Below, piece by piece: positions 47,396-56,494 of a DNA stretch of 64,000 bases. The position numbers and the translations under genes are program-made. The notes under the pieces were generated by a model. The model was not told the origin of the DNA and made no database searches. It was given only the letters and a program-made list of their open reading frames with translations. The first letter of the stretch is position 1. Each line of letters starts with the position of its first letter. Origin of the DNA: a virus; IMG/VR virus record IMGVR_UViG_3300025011_000030, positions 1-64,000 of that record, one strand, 5' to 3'.

Positions 47396-47614
47396 ATGTA
47401 CCCTATTATGCAGGTTGTTCACCGTTCAATAAACAGTGATTTGTTAAAAGTATTGAAAGCTAATAAACATACCTGCAAACGAGTTTATGACTCAGCTGGT
47501 ATGTATTGTACTTATACGAACTGTCCTAAAGAAGAACTAAAAAGAATAGCTGTTGAACTTGGTTACAAGATCAGAGAAACTGAGCTTGAAATAAGTGAGA
47601 TTACTCGTACATAA
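47396..47614 (+). CDS. Hypothetical protein
   Basis: GGGAGGTCA RBS before ATG 47396. Confidence 0.6.
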   Translation: MYPIMQVVHRSINSDLLKVLKANKHTCKRVYDSAGMYCTYTNCPKEELKRIAVELGYKIRETELEISEITRT

Positions 47615-47746
47615 TAAGTTCCATATAAACGTCGTTAAAAACTGTGGGTGCTTAAGGGTATTACCCGCTATAATCGAAACCGTATACGGGCAAGCTACAG
47701 CGCAGGCTGAATGATTAAAATACTATTTAGAGCCACTATTACCTCA

Positions 47747-47778
47747 GCTTAAAAAGAGTCATACTTCTTTTTATATAA
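47747..47778 (+). promoter_or_regulatory. Putative phage-sigma promoter
   Basis: GCTTAAAAA...TTTTATATAA. Confidence 0.6.
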
Positions 47779-47811
47779 TGTAGTGAAACTTATATGAAGG
47801 GAGTAGTTGAA

Positions 47812-48528
47812 TTGACTGTAGACAAACAAAAAAATCCTTCGGTGGGTGCTGTAAGTAAAAGAGTTTACATTATAGCTATTGACTTTGATGGTTGTATATG
47901 TAAGAACGGTTGGCCTGATGCTTCTAAAGGTGAACTTATTTCATCAACGGTGAACCGTATGCATGAGCAACTAAAGAAAGAACCCAATACTGAGTTTGTT
48001 CTTTGGACTTGCCGGGCAGGTAACGACTTGGAAAGTGCCAAGGAATTTATCGTTAAGCATAATTTACCCATTTTTATTTTTAACGAACCTCACCCGTCAG
48101 TATTCCCTTGGATGACAGGTGCAGAGAAGTGCCGTAAGATATTCGCTCACGAGTATTGGGATGATAGGGCTGTAACTGTTAAAGAGGTAGAGGCTACTTC
48201 AAAAACAAAACTCGCTCAACTACTTAGCGTTGCTCGTGGGTTATACGTTCTTCGGGATGAGCCTAACACTATTGACCCTTATATTTGGTTAGCTGCTCAG
48301 CTGTTAGGTATTAACGAAAGGTTAGTTAACTACGATCAACGGCATATGGCTAAAATAAAAGCTCAATACGACACAATAATTGCACTAACTGAAGAGCAAA
48401 TTAAAGCCGTTTTAAATAGTTGCGAACTTGACAAGGAAACAAGCTTAGTTGATGACCTTATCAAAATTAAGGTTTTGCTGATGTACCGTCACGAATTTGA
48501 ACAGTTACCGGAATTTAACGGTTGTTAA
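47812..48528 (+). CDS. HAD-superfamily phosphatase with C-terminal extension
   Basis: IAIDFDGCI, LWTCR, RKIFA..YWDDRA. Confidence 0.8.
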   Translation: MTVDKQKNPSVGAVSKRVYIIAIDFDGCICKNGWPDASKGELISSTVNRMHEQLKKEPNTEFVLWTCRAGNDLESAKEFIVKHNLPIFIFNEPHPSVFPWMTGAEKCRKIFAHEYWDDRAVTVKEVEATSKTKLAQLLSVARGLYVLRDEPNTIDPYIWLAAQLLGINERLVNYDQRHMAKIKAQYDTIIALTEEQIKAVLNSCELDKETSLVDDLIKIKVLLMYRHEFEQLPEFNGC

Positions 48529-48546
48529 TTGAGGAGTGAATATTAG

Positions 48547-48759
48547 GTGCTAACCAAACTATTACAGGCTAAAGTGAGCGACCTCGAGAATGAGGTAACC
48601 ACTTTAAAGAACCAGGTGATTGGACTGGAAAAACAGAGTAATCACTATCGTAGCGAGTTAAAGTCTTTCACCGAGCAGGTGTTAGCCAACTTGGCTGTAG
48701 TGATAGCTAACTCTAAAGATACTGTTAAACGAGATTCAGCGATTATACTTAGACAGTAG
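48547..48759 (+). CDS. Small coiled-coil protein
   Basis: Heptad pattern; GAGGAG RBS. Confidence 0.55.
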   Translation: MLTKLLQAKVSDLENEVTTLKNQVIGLEKQSNHYRSELKSFTEQVLANLAVVIANSKDTVKRDSAIILRQ

Positions 48760-48801
48760 TCTGGTTATTTTGTTGCAAGGTTTTAGTAGGGAGGAAGTAG
48801 C

Positions 48802-48981
48802 TTGAGCGAATTAAAGCCCTGTCCTTTTTGTGGCGGTGAAGCGAAGATTAATAAAATGCCTTATGGAGATACCTATAAAGTTACTTGTTATGGTTGTGGT
48901 ATAACTATTGGGTTTACTTATAGTCATATTCACCCAAAGACGAAGGAAGAAGCTGTGACTGCGTGGAATACGAGAAATTAG
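48802..48981 (+). CDS. Lar-family restriction-alleviation protein
   Basis: ELKPCPFCGGEA...C..CG...EEAVTAWNTR; below the ORF-track size cutoff. Confidence 0.78.
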   Translation: MSELKPCPFCGGEAKINKMPYGDTYKVTCYGCGITIGFTYSHIHPKTKEEAVTAWNTRN

Positions 48982-48990
48982 TACCAAAAA

Positions 48991-49018
48991 AGCAGTAGGC
49001 TTTTAGTAGCCTACTGCT
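48991..49018. terminator. Terminator between convergent genes
   Basis: AGCAGTAGGCT-TTTAGT-AGCCTACTGCT. Confidence 0.75.
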
Positions 49019-49027
49019 ATAATTTGC

Positions 49028-49198
49028 TTACATGTATCCTCCACTCTTACGGGTTACTTTTACTTCTTTAGGTATAACTGGAGCGACTGGCTGTGATACA
49101 ATAACTTGCTCTTTAGGTATAACTGGCACTGACGGTTGAGCTACTACAGGAGTGATTTCTGTTCTATTTACAACCGGGATAACTTTTACATTTTTCAT
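49028..49198 (-). CDS. 56-aa Pro/Val-rich protein, the only credible minus-strand gene
   Basis: MKNVKVIPVV...PVIPKE x2...GGYM; GGGAGG RBS and its own promoter. Confidence 0.7.
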   Translation of the reverse strand: MKNVKVIPVVNRTEITPVVAQPSVPVIPKEQVIVSQPVAPVIPKEVKVTRKSGGYM

Positions 49199-49266
49199 AT
49201 TGTTGACCTCCCTTTAATTTGTTTTCCTCTTTCTACTATTATAATCGTTATTGAGGAAATAGACAA
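49199..49266 (-). promoter_or_regulatory. SigA-type promoter with conserved leader
   Basis: TTGTCT-17-TATAAT; 27 nt identical to 10790-10816. Confidence 0.75.
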
Positions 49267-49366
49267 TAGTTTTTTTAAATATTTTTGAATAGTAACAGCG
49301 AGTAAGAGGTTAATTCCTCTTACTCTTTCACTTTGTAACACGTTACCCTAATAAGGAGGTGATATC

Positions 49367-51577
49367 ATAGCAACTCAACAAATTTCACTACAGGAAATAG
49401 GTGCAGCTACCCGATCACTATTTAACCGCATGTCCGATACAGAGTACCTATCCATACTAAAGTGGCCGTATTGTTTTACTATTTATGATAAGATGCGCCG
49501 CTCAGACGCCCAAATACAGGCGTTACTTTATTGTTTGGAGTTACCTTTGAGATCAACCAGGTGGTATGTAGAGCCGTATGATAAGAACGACCCTAAGTCG
49601 GTGCAGATAGCCGAGTACATTGAGGAAAACTTATTCTCCGGCCCACCTAAAGGGCTAAGTACCCATTGGGACGATTTTATCCGGCTTACTTGTTTAATGT
49701 TTCCATTTGGGCATAGCGTATTTGAGAAGGTTTATGAGGTTGATAATAAAGGATACGCTAAATGGAAGAAATTCGCCGAAAGACCTCAGGAAACAATAAA
49801 AGACTTTACCTATGATGAAAAAGGTGGACCGATATTTATTGAGCAGTATGCAGCCGGGACTTCTTTTGTGCAAATACCTGTAGAGAACAGCTTAATTTTT
49901 ACTCACCGTAAAGAAGGTGGGAGGCTACACGGTATCTCGGCTTTACGAGCACCGTATAAACACTGGTTTATCAAAGACTTCCTACTTAAAATCAGTAACA
50001 TTGGTATTGAGAAGAACTATGTAGGAACGCCTGTCGCCAGGCTACCTGAAAATATAGTTGAAGGCGACAAGGAAGAAGCTGAAAAGATAGTAAGTAACTT
50101 GCGGTCAGGTCAGGATGCTGGGGTAGTATTACCTTATGGATTTACCCTTGATATGTTTGAAGGTAAGCGAACCGCAGTAGAAGTTCTACCTTACATTCAG
50201 TATCAGGATGAAATGATTGCAAAGGCTTTTCTAGCACATTTCCTTCAGTTAGGTACTGGGAGCGTCGGTAGTTTCGCGTTAGGTAAAGACCAAAGTGACT
50301 TCTTTTTAATGTCTCTAAACGCCCAAGGTAACTATATTTGTAACACGATTAATAGCTATGCCATACCGCAGTTAGTTGACTATAACTGGGATGTAGAAGG
50401 TTACCCGAAACTTCGCTGTGATAAAGTAGGTGGTCGCGATACTACAGGTTTAATTACAGGTGTATCCTCGCTTGTAGCTCAACAAATTATACTGCCGGAT
50501 CAGGGACTAGAAGAATTTATGCGCGACGTGCTAGCCTTACCCGAGGTTGACGAGGATACTATACGAGGCGGCCCAGCTGAAGCATTTGCACAAACTGTTG
50601 ATGCCGATGGAAACTCTATAAATCCTCAACCTAACAAGCCTGCAGCGAAAAAGCCTGTTACTCCAGAAGACGGACCACCGAAACTTGATCATAAAGTCGT
50701 ACCTGTTGACGAGGATGAATCAATAAAGGCTACTGAATGTGGTTGCGGAGGTAAGCAACTTTCGGATAATGCCGGTATAAAATGGCGCAGGGATTTGACT
50801 GTATACGAAAAGCGAATAAAGTTCGCCGATATTAAAGACGAGTTTGATACCTCGGAGGCCGAGTTTGTTAAACAGGGAACAAGTATATTAGGCGAACAGT
50901 TTGCTCCGTTTTTAAAACAATTAGCCATACTTATTCAAGAAGGTAAGTGGGAAGAAATAAGTAACTTAACTATTAACAATGGGCCGTTACTCACCTATGT
51001 TGAAAGTTACCTTACAGGGTTATTCAACTTCGGTGTCGGTCAGACAGCTGATGAACTAGATACTGAAGCACCTGATACTGTGCCTGACGTCAACAAACAA
51101 CTAATCGCAGTCAGGTCGGCCACAGTAGCAGAGAAGACTATTGTACTCCTTCGTAGCAAAGTGATTTTTGATACTTTAAATAGTGTTGAGTCTGGAACTA
51201 AGCCGAAGGATGCTGTTAAGCAGGCTGAACAAGGGTTGAAAGATGTAATGAAGAAAGAGTTAGACGGTCATGCAACGGTTCAAACTGCATGGGCCATAAA
51301 CTCAGGTCGTCATTTTGTTGCAGGTGATAGTGGCGTAAAGGTTGCACAGTACTCAGCCATTTTGGACGACCGTACTTGTGCACTATGCCGTGAATTGGAC
51401 GGGCAGATATTTGACGTAACTTCAAAAGAGTTTAAGAAGTTTACTCCTCCGGTGCATAATCGGTGCCGGTGCATATTTGCTTATATAATGCCTGACGAAG
51501 CTAACCCACCCGACCCGAATTTCAAACCACCTTCAGACGACATAGTTCAACGTCATGGAAGCTTTGTACCTAAATAA
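49367..51577 (+). CDS. Portal (Mu gp29/DUF935-like) fused to a minor head (Mu F/SPP1 gp7-like) domain; probable ATA start
   Basis: FGHSVFEKVY, G.S.LR..Y..W..K, GSFALG; C-terminal DDRTCALC...PPVHNRCRC. Confidence 0.88.
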   Translation: MATQQISLQEIGAATRSLFNRMSDTEYLSILKWPYCFTIYDKMRRSDAQIQALLYCLELPLRSTRWYVEPYDKNDPKSVQIAEYIEENLFSGPPKGLSTHWDDFIRLTCLMFPFGHSVFEKVYEVDNKGYAKWKKFAERPQETIKDFTYDEKGGPIFIEQYAAGTSFVQIPVENSLIFTHRKEGGRLHGISALRAPYKHWFIKDFLLKISNIGIEKNYVGTPVARLPENIVEGDKEEAEKIVSNLRSGQDAGVVLPYGFTLDMFEGKRTAVEVLPYIQYQDEMIAKAFLAHFLQLGTGSVGSFALGKDQSDFFLMSLNAQGNYICNTINSYAIPQLVDYNWDVEGYPKLRCDKVGGRDTTGLITGVSSLVAQQIILPDQGLEEFMRDVLALPEVDEDTIRGGPAEAFAQTVDADGNSINPQPNKPAAKKPVTPEDGPPKLDHKVVPVDEDESIKATECGCGGKQLSDNAGIKWRRDLTVYEKRIKFADIKDEFDTSEAEFVKQGTSILGEQFAPFLKQLAILIQEGKWEEISNLTINNGPLLTYVESYLTGLFNFGVGQTADELDTEAPDTVPDVNKQLIAVRSATVAEKTIVLLRSKVIFDTLNSVESGTKPKDAVKQAEQGLKDVMKKELDGHATVQTAWAINSGRHFVAGDSGVKVAQYSAILDDRTCALCRELDGQIFDVTSKEFKKFTPPVHNRCRCIFAYIMPDEANPPDPNFKPPSDDIVQRHGSFVPK

Positions 51578-51595
51578 AAAGAAGGTTATAACAAA

Positions 51596-52063
51596 ATGAT
51601 TAAGTATGCTGACATTATTAGTGATTCAATCGTCGACGGCCCAGGTATTAGGGTCGTCGCTTTTCTTTAAGGTTGTCCTAGAGTTTGTGAGGGTTGTCAT
51701 AACCTTACCCTCTGTTCAACCGAAGGTGGTATACTAACTACCGAAGAAGAATTCGCCGAACTACTGCTGAGTAAATTAACTCCTCTGCATACTGGAGTAA
51801 CTTTCAGTGGCGGTGATCCGTTAATGCAGGCCGAGGCATTAAATAATGTAATAAAATTTTTACGTTTTCGACAAACAGGACTTGACATATGGGTTTATAC
51901 CGGGTATATTTACGACGAGGTAAAGGATCTACCTGTGATGCAGATGATTGACGTATTGGTTGATGGGCCGTTTATTGCAGAGAAGAAAAGCTTGAACTGT
52001 GCTTTTCGGGGATCGTCTAACCAACGAGTCATTGAAATTAAATCCGGAAAACTGTTATTTTAA
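51596..52063 (+). pseudogene. nrdG: Anaerobic RNR activase with in-frame TAA at 51668
   Basis: DSIVDGPGIR...FL*GCPRVCEGCHN, TFSGGDP, YTGY, DVLVDGPF, FRGSSNQR. Confidence 0.92.
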
Positions 52064-52079
52064 AGAGGAGGTGAACTTT

Positions 52080-53729
52080 TTGGGTGCAGATGTTGACGGT
52101 AAAAATTCAAACAAACGATATAAAGGGAAGTTACAATATCTTCTTAAATTAGGAGTTGACCCTGTAGTCGCTGCTAGAAAAGCTAGAGGGTATGCCGGAG
52201 GTAAAACATCGCCTAAAGCTGGGAAGACTGAAGGTGAACTTGAAGCCGAAGGTATTACTGCAGGTGAAGATGAGCAGGTTGCCGTGCCGTATAGTACAGC
52301 CAACGACTTACCGAGTACAGTTAAGGATGCACTACCTCCCAAAGCGCAAAAGATATGGATGAAGGCTTATAATTCAGCTACTGAAGACGAAGCTCACGAT
52401 GCCGATAGTTGCACTATTATCGCTTGGGAAGCTATTAACGAGGCGGGTTATACTAAGCAGGCCGAAGGTTGGGTTAAGGCAAGTGACCGTGTAGGTAAAA
52501 TTCACGGAATGATTGCTCTACAGGAGGCTATGCTCACACCGGCCCCTTCAGGGTTGCAGTATTCAGCTTCTTCTATGATTGAAATTATGCGAACAGGTCA
52601 ATGGGATCATCCATTGTACGGTATATTGACAATCACGTCCGAAAGCATGGACGGTTTTATAGCTAACTTCTACAATAACGTTAGAGGAATAGACTTGGCT
52701 GTAGATAAGGAGCACGAACCGGAAGCTGGAGCATTAGGGTGGTTCAAGAAACTTTGGAAAGTACCCAGTGACGACGGTGAAGGTTCTTTCAGCCTTATGG
52801 CAGAGATTCAATGGACTTGGCAAGGTGAGCAACTTATTCGCGATGGAGTTTACCGTTATTTCAGTCCTGAGTTTGACTTTGAATGGACTGACCCGGAAAC
52901 AGCTAATACTTATAGTAACGTGCTATTCGGTGGTGCTTTGACTAACCGCCCGTTTATAAAACGTATGGATCCTATTATATTAAGTGAAGACATGATTAAT
53001 AACCTTGGGTTCGTATTTAATAGGACGAGCGGTAAACAAACAAGTGTTCCCGGTAGTAACCCGCCTGACAAGGGTTCAGGTAAACAAACCAAAGGAGGAG
53101 ATGTAGACGTGAAATTATCTAAAGAGCATTATCAGGCCCTTGGATTAAGCGAAGGTGCTACTGATGAACAAATTCTCGAAGCTATTAAAGCGAAAACTGC
53201 AGTCCCACCGACAGGCTTAAAGTTAAGTACCGAACATTTAACCGTTCTCGGTTTAAGCGAAGGTGCTACTGATGAGCAAGTATTGAATGCCATTAAGGCT
53301 GTGAATACCGAAAAGCAAGAAACAGTTCAACTTTCTGAAACTGTTAGACATCTTAACGAAAAAATGACTGCCCTACAAGGTCAAACCGAACTGTTGAACA
53401 AAGAAAATATCAGGCTGGCTGAAGCTGCGAAAGAAGCTCGTTGGGAAAAAGTATCTCAAGACGCTTTTCGTGACGGTCGTATGACTGTGACATTAGCTGA
53501 AAAGTTTAAGCCGTTATTTGTAGCTAATCCGGATTCTATTGAGCCCATCATTGCTAGTTTACCCAAGGTTATTGCAGGCGAAACAGGTACTTCCGGAGCT
53601 GCCGGCAGTGCTGCAGGTAGTACTACAAAGTTATCCGAAAGTCAGGATAATGTTGCAAAACAACTGGGCCTGAGTGAGGATGCCATGTTGAAAAATGTAC
53701 CGGCTTATATGAAACCTCAAGGGGAGTAA
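52080..53729 (+). CDS. ChaB domain plus Mu I-like prohead protease and scaffold
   Basis: PY....DLP..VK..LP.KAQ.IW..AYN; DKEH...A.GW...YRYFSPEF...GALTNRPF; internal GGAGG and in-frame GTG at 53109. Confidence 0.85.
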   Translation: MGADVDGKNSNKRYKGKLQYLLKLGVDPVVAARKARGYAGGKTSPKAGKTEGELEAEGITAGEDEQVAVPYSTANDLPSTVKDALPPKAQKIWMKAYNSATEDEAHDADSCTIIAWEAINEAGYTKQAEGWVKASDRVGKIHGMIALQEAMLTPAPSGLQYSASSMIEIMRTGQWDHPLYGILTITSESMDGFIANFYNNVRGIDLAVDKEHEPEAGALGWFKKLWKVPSDDGEGSFSLMAEIQWTWQGEQLIRDGVYRYFSPEFDFEWTDPETANTYSNVLFGGALTNRPFIKRMDPIILSEDMINNLGFVFNRTSGKQTSVPGSNPPDKGSGKQTKGGDVDVKLSKEHYQALGLSEGATDEQILEAIKAKTAVPPTGLKLSTEHLTVLGLSEGATDEQVLNAIKAVNTEKQETVQLSETVRHLNEKMTALQGQTELLNKENIRLAEAAKEARWEKVSQDAFRDGRMTVTLAEKFKPLFVANPDSIEPIIASLPKVIAGETGTSGAAGSAAGSTTKLSESQDNVAKQLGLSEDAMLKNVPAYMKPQGE

Positions 53730-53789
53730 GCTTTGTTTCTTCTCTTACCGTAATATAAATTTAATTTAGCATCAAGGAGGTTATACCTA

Positions 53790-54821
53790 ATGGCTTTAGC
53801 TACTGGTAAAGATCGTAAAAGTAAAGACGGTAACATGTTAGCTTTGACTGTGAAGGCTAACAGTGCAATTTATAAAGGAGCTGCGGTATGTGTAGGTGCG
53901 GACGGGTATCTTATTCCCGGTGCAGATACTGCCGGGCTGATTTTCGCTGGAATAGCTTATGAGTCATTGACAGGTGATGGTGCATTGAAATGCCGAGTTG
54001 AACGGAGAGGTTTATTCCTGTTTAGTATTGCTGCAGCTACCATCGCCAACATTGGTGACGCTGTATTCTTGGTTGACGATGATACTGTTGGTGTAGCGGC
54101 TACTACAGATAATGACATTTACTGCGGGGTTATTGCTGCTTATGAATCGTCTACTACAGTATGGGTAGATATTTATCCGGCATTGTTGCAGACTGATGTG
54201 GCTGTACACATCGCCGATACTGCTGATGCTCACGATGCTAGTGCAATTTCGTTAGTTGATGTTGGTACATTTACCGCAGAAACTGAAGTTGAAGGTGCTT
54301 TGCAGGAGATTTACCAAGAACTTATTTCAGCTCAAAAGGTTATTCCTATTCCGTTGAATTCATTCACCTTGGAGGACGGGACTGCTATAACAAAGTATTC
54401 TGCAGGCGGAGCAACTCCCGGATTTCAGCAGTTAGCCAATAAAGAGGTTGTACTAACCTGGGACGGTAACGCTACTCAAACCCCAATTGCCGTCACGGTG
54501 CCTTTTGTAGATCCTGGCATCGACGATGCTGCTGCTTGTGTAGTTCACCTATTAGCTAGGATGGCCGGAGCAGCTGATACTCCTGTAATTGTGCATGAGG
54601 CTTATTTTGGCGCTGGTGATACTGATTGTGCTGGTACAGACCCGGAAGTAACTGCTGCAACTTTAGCTGAGTATACCTGCACTATCGCGCACGGAGACGT
54701 ACCTGCTGCACCGTCAAGCTTGACATTGATTTTAACCCCTACTGCCGGGCAGATGGCGACTGATGAACTATATATCTATGCTGCTTGGTTAGAGGTAACA
54801 AGTAAACTGAAAACTAGCTAA
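53790..54821 (+). CDS. Head decoration/cement protein with C-terminal extension
   Basis: Position between protease and capsid; IYKGA.V...G...G.AV...DD.TV pattern. Confidence 0.6.
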   Translation: MALATGKDRKSKDGNMLALTVKANSAIYKGAAVCVGADGYLIPGADTAGLIFAGIAYESLTGDGALKCRVERRGLFLFSIAAATIANIGDAVFLVDDDTVGVAATTDNDIYCGVIAAYESSTTVWVDIYPALLQTDVAVHIADTADAHDASAISLVDVGTFTAETEVEGALQEIYQELISAQKVIPIPLNSFTLEDGTAITKYSAGGATPGFQQLANKEVVLTWDGNATQTPIAVTVPFVDPGIDDAAACVVHLLARMAGAADTPVIVHEAYFGAGDTDCAGTDPEVTAATLAEYTCTIAHGDVPAAPSSLTLILTPTAGQMATDELYIYAAWLEVTSKLKTS

Positions 54822-54877
54822 TTAGTATTTAAAGAAATAAGCTTTTATTTTCATAATTTATTAGGGGAGTGATACAA

Positions 54878-55768
54878 ATGGCTGTAGTAACAAGTGATTA
54901 TTTAGTTGCTGCTTATCAAGGTCTTTCAGCTATTTACAATGAGACCTTTGAAGCAACTGTTCCCGAATGGCCTAAAATTGCTATGGAAGCTCCTTCGGAT
55001 ACAGAGTCCGAAGTTTATAACTGGGTCGCTGAAGTACCTGGTATGAAGGAATGGGTTGACGAGAGAACGTTAGAAGGACTCAAGCAGTTTAGCTTCACTA
55101 TTAAGAACAAAGACTGGGAATCCACTATTGCCGTTGACCGTAACACTATGGAAGACGACAAACTGGGTCAAATCAAGCCACGTATTCAGGACTTGGCAAT
55201 GGCAGCTAAAACTCACCCGGACGAGTTAGTATTTAACCTGTTAGCTAACGGGTTCACTACTATTTGTTTTGACGGTCAATACTTCTTCGACGACGATCAT
55301 CCACTAGCCGACGGTACTACCCAAAGTAATAAATTAACTTTGGCCCTTGATGCTACTGGGTTACAAACTGCACTGAGTACAGGCCGTCGCCTTAAGGGTT
55401 ATACCGGCAGACCGTTGAACATTGTTTTTGATACTTTGTGCGTTCCTCCTGAACTTGAAATGGCTGCCCGTAAACTTTTGTTCGCCGATGTTAACGACGC
55501 CGGTGCTACCAACATTATGAAGGGTATCCTTCCGAACCTTGTAGTTAATCCGTGGTTGACTGACCCGTCTGATTGGTATATTCTTTGTACCAAGAGACCA
55601 TTGAAATCTGTTATTTTACAGATGCGCAAACGTCCCGAATTCATTTCTTTGGATAGGCCGGACGACTACACTGCATTTATGAAGAAGCAGTTCCTTTATG
55701 GAGTAGATTCCAGATACAATGTGGGCTTCGGTATGTATCAACTGGCTGTAGGATCACATGCAGCATAA
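54878..55768 (+). CDS. Major capsid protein (Mu gpT-like)
   Basis: P.MKEWV.ER, NKDWESTI.VDR..MEDD, DGQYFFD.DHP, VPPELE, YGVDSR. Confidence 0.92.
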   Translation: MAVVTSDYLVAAYQGLSAIYNETFEATVPEWPKIAMEAPSDTESEVYNWVAEVPGMKEWVDERTLEGLKQFSFTIKNKDWESTIAVDRNTMEDDKLGQIKPRIQDLAMAAKTHPDELVFNLLANGFTTICFDGQYFFDDDHPLADGTTQSNKLTLALDATGLQTALSTGRRLKGYTGRPLNIVFDTLCVPPELEMAARKLLFADVNDAGATNIMKGILPNLVVNPWLTDPSDWYILCTKRPLKSVILQMRKRPEFISLDRPDDYTAFMKKQFLYGVDSRYNVGFGMYQLAVGSHAA

Positions 55769-55792
55769 GCATTTTTATATTTAAACTGTACA

Positions 55793-55824
55793 AAGGGAAC
55801 CTAACTATAATGAGGTTCCCTTTT
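55793..55824 (+). terminator. Intrinsic terminator after the capsid gene
   Basis: AAGGGAACCT...AGGTTCCCTTTT. Confidence 0.75.
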
Positions 55825-55861
55825 AACTAAATTTTAAGTCTACGAAAGGGAGGGTACATAA

Positions 55862-56041
55862 GTGTTATATTTTATTCGTGCCATTTCTCCTAACGGTTTT
55901 TGGAGAGCCGGTATTCATTTTACCCATAAAGGTATTAATGTAGATGCGTCTTTGTTAACCGATGCCCAGTTCACTGCCATTATGGACGAGCCCATGTTAA
56001 TCGTTACCGAAATACCTCAAAAGGTTGCTGACGAGGATTAA
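55862..56041 (+). CDS. Small Mu-like head protein (gp35/HI1506-like)
   Basis: GFWRAG..F...LTDAQF.AI..EPML.V; below the ORF-track size cutoff. Confidence 0.65.
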   Translation: MLYFIRAISPNGFWRAGIHFTHKGINVDASLLTDAQFTAIMDEPMLIVTEIPQKVADED

Positions 56042-56062
56042 ACTGTATTGAGGTGATTCATT

Positions 56063-56488
56063 TTGGCTTATCATTCTCAGAGTGACGTTGAAGCTTTACT
56101 TAAACAATTAAATTTCACGTTTACTGACGTTTCTAAAATAACTTTAACCCAGCTTCAGCAGTATATTGTAGATACTGATTTGTATGTTGATAACAGGTTG
56201 GCACGTATTTATGCAGTGCCGGTAACAGATGCTGAGGCTATGACGATTCTACGGCCTGTAGCAGCTCAATTAACGGCTTCAAAATGTTGGCGCATACTAT
56301 ATGCGGCTCAACAAGGTGAAAGTAATAAAGCTAAAGAGTGGGAGCGACTGTCTGAGACAGTGTTAAAACAAATAATTTCTGCTGAAATGCTGTTCGGTAA
56401 AGCTGTTAAATCAAGTTCACATGTTACTCCATGGTCGGCTTTATCCGAATCAACTCCTATATGGAAAATGTCTACTGATCAGTGGTGA
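56063..56488 (+). CDS. Head-tail adaptor (Mu gp36-like)
   Basis: MAY...DV, VDNRL..IY.VP; position. Confidence 0.7.
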   Translation: MAYHSQSDVEALLKQLNFTFTDVSKITLTQLQQYIVDTDLYVDNRLARIYAVPVTDAEAMTILRPVAAQLTASKCWRILYAAQQGESNKAKEWERLSETVLKQIISAEMLFGKAVKSSSHVTPWSALSESTPIWKMSTDQW

Positions 56489-56494
56489 TAGGTT

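Noticed and set aside
13642-51670. Genome-wide stop-codon reassignment (TAG or TAA read as Gln/Trp)
   Set aside because: TAG and TAA end many clearly complete genes here (for example TAG at 2198 and 6132, TAA at 5602); the three internal stops imply different amino acids and occur alongside frameshifts.
52043-52063. NrdG C-terminus KLLF as another clamp-binding motif
   Set aside because: It lacks the Gln at position -5 that all the other cases have.
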